A DNA stretch of 64,000 nucleotides from Clostridia bacterium. Lineage in GTDB: Bacteria; Bacillota; Clostridia; Oscillospirales; CAG-272. The DNA lies in contig JAFTMG010000007.1 in assembly GCA_017452525.1 (NCBI GenBank), forward strand, positions 6,418 to 70,417, read 5' to 3'. Under the pieces are notes generated by a model, which saw only the letters and a program-made list of their open reading frames with translations, did no database searches and was not told where the DNA came from. A program made the position numbers and the translations under genes. Below, one piece after another: positions 9,738 to 19,058 of this stretch (its first letter is position 1; every line of letters begins with the position of its first letter).

Positions 9738-10532
9738 ATGAAACTTGCCTACAAAAACAAAATCCCCGTGGCGGCACATCGCGGCAATGCCAAGTATTTT
9801 CCCGAAAACACCATGGTATCCTTCCGCTCCGCGGTATCCCTCAACCCCGATATGGTCGAGATCGACCTGCATATGACGAGCGACGGCGTGCTGATCCTGA
9901 TGCATGACCACAAGGTGGACCGCACATCTGACGGTACGGGTCTGATCCGCGAAAAGACGCTTGCCGAGATGAAGGCGTTGGACGTGGGCTTCTGGAAGGG
10001 CGAGCAGTTCCGCGGTGAGCGCGTTCCCACCTTTGAGGAGTTCCTTGAGTTTTTCAAGGACTACCCCGAAATGCTGTTCAATATCGAGTTGAAGGACTAT
10101 CCCGCAGACAGCGGCGATTTCGCGCTGGAGGCTGCCGACAAAGCCATCGCCATGATGGATGCCTACGGTATTACCGAGCGCTCGGTCGTCAACACGTGGA
10201 GCGGGGAACTGAATGAGTATCTTGACGCAAAATACGGTAAGCGCGTCCGCATCCATGCATACTCCCCTCAGGAAAAAATGGGCAAGAATCAGAAGCGTTT
10301 CGCGTATGATTATGCTTACTGCGTCTGCCTCTTCGGTATCAAGGAGGCTCCCATAGTAGAAAAGGCAAAGTTTGATTTCGCCAAGGCATACGGTGTGGAG
10401 CCGTGGGTCTACTATAGCGTAGACACTCCCGAGGCCTATGACAAATCGATTGAGAACGGTGCCGTGCTCTTTACATCAAATGACCCCGAATGGGCAATGA
10501 ACTATCTCCGCGCGCGCGGGCTTCATGACTGA
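9738..10532 (+). CDS. glycerophosphodiester phosphodiesterase
   Basis: GDPD motifs: VAAHRGNAKYFPENT, VEIDLHMTSDGVLILMHD. Confidence 0.85.
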   Translation: MKLAYKNKIPVAAHRGNAKYFPENTMVSFRSAVSLNPDMVEIDLHMTSDGVLILMHDHKVDRTSDGTGLIREKTLAEMKALDVGFWKGEQFRGERVPTFEEFLEFFKDYPEMLFNIELKDYPADSGDFALEAADKAIAMMDAYGITERSVVNTWSGELNEYLDAKYGKRVRIHAYSPQEKMGKNQKRFAYDYAYCVCLFGIKEAPIVEKAKFDFAKAYGVEPWVYYSVDTPEAYDKSIENGAVLFTSNDPEWAMNYLRARGLHD

Positions 10533-10571
10533 TTTTAAAAATATGAACATAATTATTGGAGGATTACACCA

Positions 10572-11624
10572 ATGGCAATCGTAACAATCGTCGGCGCGGG
10601 CATGATGGGCTCCGCTCTGGCATTCCCCGCAAGAGAGAACGGCAATGAGGTTCGCCTGGTTGGTACTCACCTTGACCGTGAGATCATCGAGACCAGCCGC
10701 GCAACCGGCCGTCACCCCAAGTTCACCAAGGATTTCCCCGCAGGTGTCAAGTATTATCAGATCGAGGAGCTGATGGAGGCTCTGAACGGTGCCGATATGG
10801 TCATCGGTGGCGTTTCCTCTTTCGGTGTTGACTGGTTTGCAGACGAGATCCTGCCCAAGATCGATGACAGCATCCCCGTGCTGACCGTCACCAAGGGTCT
10901 GTGGGATACGCCCGAGGGCAAGCTGCTCACCTATCCCGACGTATGGCAGAAGAAGCTGGATTCTCTGGGCAAGAAGCTGTCCCTCAACGCCATCGGCGGT
11001 CCTTGCACCAGCTACGAGCTGGTCGCGCACGACCAGACCGAGGTCGCTTTCTGCGGTAAGGATCCCGAGATCCTCAAGAAGCTCAAAGCGATCATGGCTA
11101 CCGATTACTATCACATCAGTCTGACCACCGACGTGGTCGGTATCGAGAGCGCCGTTGCGCTGAAGAACGGCTATGCACTGGGTATCGCGCTGACCATCGG
11201 ACTCAACCAGAAGGCATTCGGTCTTGACAGCGAGCTGCACTACAATTCTCAGGCAGCCGTGTTCGGTCAGGCAGTCCGCGAGATGTATAAGCTGCTGGGT
11301 ATTCAGGGTGCCGCAACGCTGGACAATATCACCGTCGGTGCCGGCGACCTCTACGTTACCGTTTACGGCGGCAGAACCCGTCTGGTCGGTATTCTCCTCG
11401 GCAGAGGTCTGAACATCGATGAGGCAAAGGCTGAGCTGAACGGCGTTACCCTCGAATCTCTGGTGGTTGCCGTTCGTGTTGCCCGCGCGGTTCGCGCGCT
11501 TGCCGCAAAGGGCGAGGTTGACCTGGCTGAGTTCCCGCTGCTGATGCACGTGGATGAGATCCTCTCCGAGAAGAAGGAAGTCAACATTCCTTGGGAGTCC
11601 TTCACCTATACTTCTTTTAACTAA
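10572..11624 (+). CDS. NAD(P)H-dependent glycerol-3-phosphate dehydrogenase-like protein
   Basis: Rossmann start IVGAGMMGSALA. GpsA-like N- and C-terminal domain layout. Co-located with GDPD. Confidence 0.75.
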   Translation: MAIVTIVGAGMMGSALAFPARENGNEVRLVGTHLDREIIETSRATGRHPKFTKDFPAGVKYYQIEELMEALNGADMVIGGVSSFGVDWFADEILPKIDDSIPVLTVTKGLWDTPEGKLLTYPDVWQKKLDSLGKKLSLNAIGGPCTSYELVAHDQTEVAFCGKDPEILKKLKAIMATDYYHISLTTDVVGIESAVALKNGYALGIALTIGLNQKAFGLDSELHYNSQAAVFGQAVREMYKLLGIQGAATLDNITVGAGDLYVTVYGGRTRLVGILLGRGLNIDEAKAELNGVTLESLVVAVRVARAVRALAAKGEVDLAEFPLLMHVDEILSEKKEVNIPWESFTYTSFN

Positions 11625-11633
11625 AATGATCTT

Positions 11634-11663
11634 GCGGCACCCTGCGGGGTGCCGCTTTTTTTT
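11634..11663 (+). terminator. intrinsic terminator
   Basis: gcggcaccc-tgcg-gggtgccgc followed by T8. Confidence 0.85.
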
Positions 11664-11738
11664 GCGTTCCAACGATTGCGTTTCGACTGTTGGTGATGAT
11701 TTACAAAATCAAACGAATGATTTGTGATACAGTGTCAA

Positions 11739-11767
11739 TTGACAGAGCAGGGCGACTGTGGTATGAT
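11739..11767 (+). promoter_or_regulatory. sigma-A-type promoter (TTGACA-17-TATGAT, TGn-extended)
   Basis: Hexamers at 11739..11744 and 11762..11767. The leader is homologous to the one at 19893..19921 (see findings). Confidence 0.55.
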
Positions 11768-11802
11768 TATATTGTATCATCACACCGTATGGAGGTCACA
11801 CC

Positions 11803-12438
11803 GTGCTGTATCGGATCTTGAAATTTTGGGTCTTTTGCATCTATCTCTCCCCCTTCGTCATTATTTTCCTGGCGGCATCCCCGCTGTTTAAAATACTCGT
11901 CTCCCCGATCATCCTCTGGATCATTCTGCGGGGACCTCTTGGAACGTATACCTCCCGCATCACCTTTTGCTGGAAGCTGAAGAAAATCTGCCGCCGCGCG
12001 AAATATACCTGCCGTTTTCATCGCACGTGGCTCGGCTCCTTCTGGTTTCGCCGCGAGGGCTTTGACATTGAGATCGGTGACCGCCGCGAGACCGTCTATT
12101 CGATCAAGTTTTTCCCCGGAAACGTGACAGAGAAGGGGATCCACCTGCGCGGACCCGATGAGGTAGAGATCATCCGCTATACCGTCGTGCCGCATCTCGG
12201 ACGGCGCCATGCCATGGGGCGCGTGGAGCGCACCGAACGCTCACGTACGATCACGGATTATGAGATGTGCATCGCCCGCAGCGGAGAGTCCGTTCTGCTG
12301 TTTTCTCCCTCTCCGTTCAGCATGACGGCGTTGGAAAAGAACAAGATCAATCCCGTCGGCAACGGCGAGACCTATATGGGCTTTCAAATCTACACTGCCC
12401 GCGGTTTTTTGGATTATATCAAGCGGAAGGAGCTTTGA
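11803..12438 (+). CDS. hypothetical membrane-anchored protein (paralog of 20549..21214)
   Basis: GTG start. Two N-terminal hydrophobic helices, then a basic linker and a soluble domain. By eye it aligns with the 20549 protein (Y-[SA]-I-[KR]-F-x-P, G-x-GET-x-x-G, GF..x..[KR]RK at the C-terminus). Confidence 0.65.
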   Translation: MLYRILKFWVFCIYLSPFVIIFLAASPLFKILVSPIILWIILRGPLGTYTSRITFCWKLKKICRRAKYTCRFHRTWLGSFWFRREGFDIEIGDRRETVYSIKFFPGNVTEKGIHLRGPDEVEIIRYTVVPHLGRRHAMGRVERTERSRTITDYEMCIARSGESVLLFSPSPFSMTALEKNKINPVGNGETYMGFQIYTARGFLDYIKRKEL

Positions 12439-12496
12439 AATCATCGGCACAGTCCATATATTTGTGCATAAAAGATTGTTTATATTGCCAAACTTT

Positions 12497-12545
12497 CAAA
12501 AAGTCCGAAAAAGCTGTTGCTTTTTTCGGACTTTTTGATTATAAA
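12497..12545 (+). promoter_or_regulatory. hairpin (15-bp stem) overlapping a TTGCTT-17-TATAAA promoter; copy 1 of a duplicated cassette
   Basis: aaaaagtccgaaaaa / tttttcggacttttt stem with gctgttgct loop. -35 at 12518..12523, -10 at 12540..12545. Shares the 16-mer ccgaaaaagctgttgc with 14326..14341. Confidence 0.6.
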
Positions 12546-12571
12546 GAATGAGACAGAAGGGGGGAAGCATA

Positions 12572-13168
12572 TTGTTTGCCTTGCTTACAAGCATGGACGA
12601 GGACGATCGTTCTTTCGTGGAAATTCTGTACATGACATATGAAAAAACGTTATATATGATGGCAGAGAGTATACTCCGCAACCGTTACGACGCGCAGGAT
12701 TGTGTGCATGAGGTGATCTGCGCTGTGATCCGTCATGTTAAATTTTTTGAATCTCGCGGAGAAACGGATAAAAAGCGACTGTTGGCGGTTTGTTGCCGCA
12801 ACGAGGCGTTTAAGATCTATCATCGCCGTAAACGGGACGGCGGGGCGACGCTGTCGATGACACAGTACGGCGACGACGATGAGGGGGACGGTCAGTACGA
12901 CATAGAGGATACCTCGGCGGATATTTGCCGTTTGGTGATCAATGAGGAAAACTGCCGTTTGCTGAGAAAGCTGATCGCAGAGCTCAAGCCGATCTATCGC
13001 GATGTGATCATGCTTCGCTATTTTGACGATATGAGTATATTTGAGATCGCCGATCTGCTTGGCATCTCGGAGGGGCTGGTGCGCATGCGTCTGACACGTG
13101 CCAAACGGATTTTGCTGGAGAAGGGAGGAGATGATCTGTATGAGGCATATCGATCCATCGGAACATGA
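12572..13168 (+). CDS. RNA polymerase sigma-70 family (ECF-like) sigma factor
   Basis: Region 2 (FVEILY..YMMAESILRN..AQDCVHEV) and region 4 HTH (YRDVIMLRYFDDMSIFEIADLLGISEGLVRMRLTRAKR). The track ATG at 12548 lies only 3 nt after the predicted -10. I therefore favour the in-frame TTG at 12572 (aggggggaag RBS) or the ATG at 12593. Confidence 0.85.
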   Translation: MFALLTSMDEDDRSFVEILYMTYEKTLYMMAESILRNRYDAQDCVHEVICAVIRHVKFFESRGETDKKRLLAVCCRNEAFKIYHRRKRDGGATLSMTQYGDDDEGDGQYDIEDTSADICRLVINEENCRLLRKLIAELKPIYRDVIMLRYFDDMSIFEIADLLGISEGLVRMRLTRAKRILLEKGGDDLYEAYRSIGT

Positions 13169-14264
13169 TCGCTTGGACCTGATGCTGCGCCGCGCGGTTG
13201 CGGAGGATTGCGGTAACGAGGACGTAGCTTGGTTTGACAGTATGGATACCTCAGGTGTGACTTTTGATAAAGGATACCGTACAAAACGCGCGCAGATCAT
13301 TCGCGGAGAACGGCAGCCGTGGGGTTTGGCAAAGATGTACCGCCGAAGAATGCGGATCGCGATCTGTGTTGCGATGATTTCTGTCCTTGCCGCTTTTACT
13401 GTGTTGACTGCTTCGGCGGTAAAGGAGAGCTGGCGAGAATGGGTCTCATGGGAAGAGGACGGATTTAAACTGTCTGTTGTGGATCCCGATACGACGATCG
13501 GTACCTATACCGTTGCGGATGAATGTGAAGAGCACCCCGCACCGCCGACTGCGCTGGTCGAGTTCCGAAAACCGCGCTATCTGCCGGACGGTGCGATGGA
13601 GACAATCTGCCGACAGGATGCGGAAGCGCAGATCCTCACGTACTATCGGAACGAAAGCCTTTTGTATGAGTTCAGACAGTTGGTCTGGGATGGCGAATTG
13701 CCGATCCGCTACGCGGAAAATGCCGCGTTGATGCCGGTCGATGTCAACGGCAATGCCGCTGTGCTGAGTGATCGGACGGACGGCGATCTGTCGTTGATCT
13801 GGCATGACGGAGAGTATCTTTATGAGCTATACGGTACGCGTGAAATTTCCCGTGATGAGTTGATCCGGGTCGCACAGAGCGTGGTTGTTCCGGATCCCGT
13901 CAATCTGCTGCACAGGTATCATCTGCAATCCTTCCGCAAGCCGGCTTCCATCCCCGAAGGAATGAGTGAATTTGTCGTGGCTCAGAACGAGGACAGTCAT
14001 ATGATACATTATCTTGTGAACGGCGCCCCGATGATCACCTTTGAGCAGACATTGCTGGACGCGACGGAAGTGTATGAGAGCGCGGGTGTTACGCTGATAG
14101 AGATTGAGATCCACGGCAACAAGGGCGTGCTGATGTCTTATGAAAACGGTCGGGGCTATGTTGTTTGGTCGGATGGGGAATATCAGTATCGCCTGCATGC
14201 CGACGATCCGGAATACCGTGAGCGGTTGCTTCCCATGGCGGAGAGTGTACCCTTGCCTCAATAA
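13140..14264 (+). CDS. putative anti-sigma factor with one TM helix and two DUF4367-like extracytoplasmic repeats
   Basis: Overlaps the sigma gene end. Short cytoplasmic N-terminus and TM (IAICVAMISVLAAFTVLTASAV). Two internally similar modules (FRKPRYLPDG..NAAVL..IWHDGEYLYELYG and FRKPASIPEG..NKGVL..VWSDGEYQYRLHA). Confidence 0.7.
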   Translation: MRHIDPSEHDRLDLMLRRAVAEDCGNEDVAWFDSMDTSGVTFDKGYRTKRAQIIRGERQPWGLAKMYRRRMRIAICVAMISVLAAFTVLTASAVKESWREWVSWEEDGFKLSVVDPDTTIGTYTVADECEEHPAPPTALVEFRKPRYLPDGAMETICRQDAEAQILTYYRNESLLYEFRQLVWDGELPIRYAENAALMPVDVNGNAAVLSDRTDGDLSLIWHDGEYLYELYGTREISRDELIRVAQSVVVPDPVNLLHRYHLQSFRKPASIPEGMSEFVVAQNEDSHMIHYLVNGAPMITFEQTLLDATEVYESAGVTLIEIEIHGNKGVLMSYENGRGYVVWSDGEYQYRLHADDPEYRERLLPMAESVPLPQ

Positions 14265-14319
14265 CATGGCAAAACGAAAGGCAAAACAGTCTGTTTGAGC
14301 GAAATATAAGTTCTTGAAG

Positions 14320-14366
14320 AAAAAGCCGAAAAAGCTGTTGCACATTTCGGCTTTTTCGATTATAAA
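14320..14366 (+). promoter_or_regulatory. hairpin (12-bp stem) overlapping a TTGCAC-17-TATAAA promoter; copy 2 of the duplicated cassette
   Basis: aaaaagccgaaa / tttcggcttttt stem. -35 at 14338..14343, -10 at 14361..14366. Same internal 16-mer as copy 1. Confidence 0.6.
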
Positions 14367-14419
14367 AGGTAAGGGGTCCTGTGACACACCCAATGCACCC
14401 GAGAAATGGGAGGAAAGTT

Positions 14420-16360
14420 ATGTTTATCGTTTACGGCTTGAAAAGATTTTTTCGAAATCTGCTGTCATCGTCGCTGCTGACGCTGTTGCTGACGGCGACA
14501 TCCATATTGTTATGTTTGTCTGTTGGGCTGACTTATGCAGCCGATACCATATGCCAAAATCTGGATGACTTCTATACCACGTTGGCTTTCTTGCGTCCAA
14601 GCCCCAAGGTCGGGGATTATCCCGGCACCAAGCAGGGAAATGAGGAATACCGTGCCGATGCCGCGGCATATCGGTCGTTGATGCAGGATCTGATGACCGA
14701 CGAGATATCCTTTGAGAATATAAAGCAAATCGACCGCCGCCTGACCGTACTTGGCACGGGGGAAGGGATCGTACCGATCACGGTGGGTATGACAGGACAG
14801 TATCAGGAAAACGGAGAGACCGATTATCCCAATAATATGGCGATCGTTGTGATGGAAATGCTCAGCGCACCCTACAAGGCTTCGCCGCCGTTGACGGGAA
14901 ATATGGCGGGAACCTACGCGATCACACAAGTGATCACCGCGCACGGATCTTATGATATGCTCGGCGATGTGTCTCCGCAAAGCTTCTCGCGCTTGCCGGA
15001 CGAATTTGACCCGAAAAATTGGCAATTGGGTGAGAAGTACATGATGCTCTGCATCTTTGACGAACGGTCGTTGAGTGACGATATTACGTCGGGCAATGCG
15101 ATCAGTCAATATATCGTAACAGCATCTGGCGAAGGTATGCGGACCGAGGGATCGACGGTGTGGATGGCAACGAAAGTCAAAGGAACACTCATAGAAGGAA
15201 AGCTGGTAAACACCTATGAGGAATGGATCCCCGTGATCACCCGACTCGACACCGATCCCGAGACCTTTCTCGCCTCCGATGAGGGCAGGGCATGGAGAGA
15301 GATGACCATCCCGTGGGTGGAACGGCAGATCAGCGCCGTTCAGGTCACGGGAACGGAAAATGTGCAGAGTATGCAGTATTTCAATACGGGCAAGGCGCGG
15401 CTGGTAGAGGGGCGGTATATCACCGAGGCGGAATATGAAGCGGGGGCCAATGTGTGCTTGGTCAGTGCCGCACTGGCTGAAGAGAACAATTGGGTTCCGG
15501 GAGACACGGTAACGCTGGACCTCTACCCGCAGAACATATCACTTACGACCATCTATAAGACACCTCAGGTGCGCTATGATTTTGTAAAATACAATTTGCA
15601 ATATTATGAGCAACCATTTGCCAAGCAAACCTACACCATTGTGGGACTTTATCAAACGAAAAATCTGACCTTGGGAGACCAGTATTACATCAGCCCCAAC
15701 ACGGTATTTGTTCCCAAGCAGACCATTGCGGAGCAATACGAATTTCACGAGGAATACGGCTACACCGGCGCGATGCACGCCAATATGATTTCTTTTGTTA
15801 TCCCCAACGGTAAGGTGGAGGCGTTTCGGACAGAAGCGGAGGCAAAAGGATATGGCAATGCCTTTTTGTATAACGATCAGGGCTATAGCGCCGTAGCCAA
15901 TATGCTGATGGAGATTGAGGCATCCGCGTCGGGGGTCATGTATATGTGTCTGGGACTGTGGCTGTTTTCGTTGATCCTTGTGCTGTTCATCTTCTTCCGC
16001 ACCCAGCGCCGTTATGCTGCCACCATGTATGGGCTTGGGTGTCGCGAACGGCAGATCTATGCGTATCTTTTACCGCAGTTTCTGTGTCTGACGGCAGCAA
16101 CGGTGGCATTGGGTACCCAAGGCAGTATCAAACTGTATGACCGTGTCGTGACATGGATGCTCAACGGCAATATCCGTCAGTTTGACGATGCCTTCAGTGC
16201 GCTTTCCACCGGCGGCGGAACGGTGGAGGAGGTCATGGGCTATCTGAGTCAGTCCTCCGATACCTTTGTACAGGTGATGCTGATCCAATGTGCCCTGTAT
16301 CTGATCGTCTTTGCCGTCAGTTCTCTGGTGTTTGTGCTGCAGCGGCATGACGGCAGATAG
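14420..16360 (+). CDS. FtsX-like ABC transporter permease with a very large extracytoplasmic domain
   Basis: ATG at 14420 after a gggaggaaag RBS. N-terminal TM, then about 480 aa of soluble region. C-terminal three-TM FtsX-type bundle (MYMCLGLWLFSLILVLFIFF.., LPQFLCLTAATVALG, ALYLIVFAVSSLVFVL). Confidence 0.75.
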   Translation: MFIVYGLKRFFRNLLSSSLLTLLLTATSILLCLSVGLTYAADTICQNLDDFYTTLAFLRPSPKVGDYPGTKQGNEEYRADAAAYRSLMQDLMTDEISFENIKQIDRRLTVLGTGEGIVPITVGMTGQYQENGETDYPNNMAIVVMEMLSAPYKASPPLTGNMAGTYAITQVITAHGSYDMLGDVSPQSFSRLPDEFDPKNWQLGEKYMMLCIFDERSLSDDITSGNAISQYIVTASGEGMRTEGSTVWMATKVKGTLIEGKLVNTYEEWIPVITRLDTDPETFLASDEGRAWREMTIPWVERQISAVQVTGTENVQSMQYFNTGKARLVEGRYITEAEYEAGANVCLVSAALAEENNWVPGDTVTLDLYPQNISLTTIYKTPQVRYDFVKYNLQYYEQPFAKQTYTIVGLYQTKNLTLGDQYYISPNTVFVPKQTIAEQYEFHEEYGYTGAMHANMISFVIPNGKVEAFRTEAEAKGYGNAFLYNDQGYSAVANMLMEIEASASGVMYMCLGLWLFSLILVLFIFFRTQRRYAATMYGLGCRERQIYAYLLPQFLCLTAATVALGTQGSIKLYDRVVTWMLNGNIRQFDDAFSALSTGGGTVEEVMGYLSQSSDTFVQVMLIQCALYLIVFAVSSLVFVLQRHDGR

Positions 16361-16399
16361 GGGCACGAAAAATCAAAAATGTGAGAAGGAGTTGAGAAC

Positions 16400-19057
16400 A
16401 TGAGCAAAACATACCGTTCACCCTATCGCATATACCGCACGCTGTTCCTGTTGCTTGTGCTTGCCGCGATTGCCCTCAATGGTATCTGCTTTTATCTTTC
16501 CTATGAATACGCAGAGGAGGGAGATGGGGCGGGATCGGAAGCGGATTATGTGATCGTCGTGCGAAAAGCACGCGGTTTGTTGGAATCGGAGACGGATTAC
16601 CGAACGAGCTTAAACGCTTTTTATAACAGCATTTTCTCTCAGGTCACAGAAGCGGAACCAATACGGCTTTCGATGCCTGCCGCTTACCATGAGGAGATCC
16701 TTACTGTGATGTCACAGGACACGACGGAAGCAGAGATAGGGCTCCGTACCTTAGCGGTTTATGAGGTGACTTGTGAGGAGGTCACCTTCGTCTGGCACGA
16801 TGAAGGGGTTCCGAGCTATGGCCCGGATGGAAGCGCAACCTTTTACGAATATCGCGTCTCTGCAGTCGATTCGCCGCATCTGCCTGCGGGGGGAAAGAAA
16901 TATACCGAGCTGCGGATCCGATCCCTGCTGAATCATGATAACGATGCCCCGATCATGGAGGTAGGCAAGCGTTATCTTGTCTGGGGCTCGACGTATGAAA
17001 ATGAAGACGGCAGTATTACCATGAGTCTGACAAACAGCGATCTCTCCTTTACCAAGGCTGTCCGCGTATCGGACGAAACGATCCTGTATCAGGAAACGGG
17101 AACGATGCCCGCGATCTCCGAGATCACCGATTCCGTGGATGCATTTCTGGCAACAGAAAACGGCAGGCTGTGGACGGAACGGGTGTTTCCGATCGTTGAG
17201 GTCTCTTATAACACCGTCCGCGTGATCGGAACGCCAAGCTGCGGGGTGCTTTACAGCTTTGATACCGGAGAGGTGACATTGACTGAAGGCAGGACGCTGA
17301 CGCAGGAGGATCATGAGGCGAAGAATCATGTGTGTATGGTCAGCGAGGAGCTGGCGCGCGTGAACGGTTGGTCGGTGGGCGATGTTGTCCCGTTGTCCTT
17401 CTATCAGACGAACTATAAGGATAATCTCGTATCGCCCTATCCGGGGTATTTCGATTCCTATCGCGGTTTCCGAGAGGAGGGCGAGTATCGGATCGTGGGC
17501 ATTTATCATACCGAAAACTGGGTGGAAAACAGTTACGGCGTGCATCCCGATACCGTCATTCTCCCGCAGAATTCACTGAAATACAGCTATTATCAGCGCT
17601 TGCCCGCTGCCATGTATTATGCGGTATTGCCCGAAAAACTCGACGTTTTCATTGCCGAGTTGAAGGATCTGCTCGTTTATGATCGGTTTTGTATTCCCAC
17701 AGAAGAGGAGGTCGTCTCCCCTGAGCGAACAGAAGAGGATGAGGAGATCGGGCAACCGAAGTATCAACAGGTATGGCACATCGGCAATGCAGTGCTGATC
17801 ACCTGCGCAGCACTTCTGATCCTCGCCCCACTGATCCGATATTTCATCGGTCATCGCCGTACGATCGGAGTCTATATCCGAGAGATCTCCGTCTATGTAG
17901 TCAAGCGTTTGATCCGTGAGCCGTTGAGCGGTCTGCTTTCCTGCCTGCTTGTGGTGGCGGTGGCTTTTCTGCTGATGATCATGCAGAGCCGCATTGACCG
18001 TCAAGTAGCAGAGCTGGAAAACACCTACGATCAGTATCCCGTTCTGTGTACCGTCTCCGACGCTACGGGGGCACAAACGGAGCGATTAAAGATTCCGCCA
18101 AGTATCTACCGTCGGGGTATAGAGGAGGACGGCAGGCTTTATCCCTACATCAAGGATCTGACCCTGCGCACCGAAATGAATTATCTTTCCGCCTCCGTGA
18201 TCGGCGGTGTGCCGCTGGCGGGAAATACCTCGGATGAAGTTCCGGCGCAGACAGTATACGGTATTAACCGCCTCGCCGCCGAGGCACGTTTCTTGGCCGA
18301 TGCGGTGACCTTCCGCGAGGGGTACAGCGAGGAGAGCCTGAAGGGAGATAATCTTGTCTGTCTGATCCCGCAGGGGGAAGGGGAAATGCCGGCTGCAGTA
18401 ACCTTCTATCTGCAGAAGAATAAGTATGTCCGTCTGACCGTCATCGGTACCTATGCCTCGTCGCAGACCGACGCGATCTATTGTCCTTTTCTGACTGTTT
18501 GCAATTGGATCACCGAGAGCGGCGGCATTCCGTATGCCGACAGTATGTATTTTAGGGTTGCCGATAACCGTGAATTGAATGCCTGTAAGAAGGAATTGAG
18601 TCGCTATTTTATTGAGGCAAGTCAGAGTGTCAGTCCCGATATGCTGTCTGAGTTGGCGATCATCATCGACGATGCGTTGTTTGCGGAATCGGTGTACGTG
18701 CTGGAGCGGGGACTTTTGCTGTTCCGCATTACTGTAGCCATGCTGTGTGTCCTCTCGATCGGTGTCAGTTTCTTGGCAGCATTTTTAGCGATCCGCGGGC
18801 GACGTACCGAATTTGCCGTAATGTGTTCGCTGGGCAAAGCACGCACGGCAGTGTATATGACTGCGCTTACCGAGCATTTGGTCTTTTTTGCCGCGGGAAT
18901 CCTGACGGTGTTGCTTTTATATCTTGCGATATTCGGAATTTTACCGTCGCTGCTTTATCTGCTCACATTTTTGCTCTGTTATGCCGTGGGTGTTTCTATT
19001 GCAATCCGCCAGGCAATGTGGGGCAATATGATGCAAATCTTGAAAGGAAATGAGTAA
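16400..19057 (+). CDS. large (885 aa) FtsX-like permease with two extracytoplasmic domains
   Basis: GGAG RBS. N-terminal TM, large loop, two central TMs, second loop. C-terminal FtsX-type TM bundle (ITVAMLCVLSIGVSFLAAFLAI.., LVFFAAGILTVLLLYLAIF, LLCYAVGVSIAI). Confidence 0.7.
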   Translation: MSKTYRSPYRIYRTLFLLLVLAAIALNGICFYLSYEYAEEGDGAGSEADYVIVVRKARGLLESETDYRTSLNAFYNSIFSQVTEAEPIRLSMPAAYHEEILTVMSQDTTEAEIGLRTLAVYEVTCEEVTFVWHDEGVPSYGPDGSATFYEYRVSAVDSPHLPAGGKKYTELRIRSLLNHDNDAPIMEVGKRYLVWGSTYENEDGSITMSLTNSDLSFTKAVRVSDETILYQETGTMPAISEITDSVDAFLATENGRLWTERVFPIVEVSYNTVRVIGTPSCGVLYSFDTGEVTLTEGRTLTQEDHEAKNHVCMVSEELARVNGWSVGDVVPLSFYQTNYKDNLVSPYPGYFDSYRGFREEGEYRIVGIYHTENWVENSYGVHPDTVILPQNSLKYSYYQRLPAAMYYAVLPEKLDVFIAELKDLLVYDRFCIPTEEEVVSPERTEEDEEIGQPKYQQVWHIGNAVLITCAALLILAPLIRYFIGHRRTIGVYIREISVYVVKRLIREPLSGLLSCLLVVAVAFLLMIMQSRIDRQVAELENTYDQYPVLCTVSDATGAQTERLKIPPSIYRRGIEEDGRLYPYIKDLTLRTEMNYLSASVIGGVPLAGNTSDEVPAQTVYGINRLAAEARFLADAVTFREGYSEESLKGDNLVCLIPQGEGEMPAAVTFYLQKNKYVRLTVIGTYASSQTDAIYCPFLTVCNWITESGGIPYADSMYFRVADNRELNACKKELSRYFIEASQSVSPDMLSELAIIIDDALFAESVYVLERGLLLFRITVAMLCVLSIGVSFLAAFLAIRGRRTEFAVMCSLGKARTAVYMTALTEHLVFFAAGILTVLLLYLAIFGILPSLLYLLTFLLCYAVGVSIAIRQAMWGNMMQILKGNE

Positions 19058-19058
19058 T

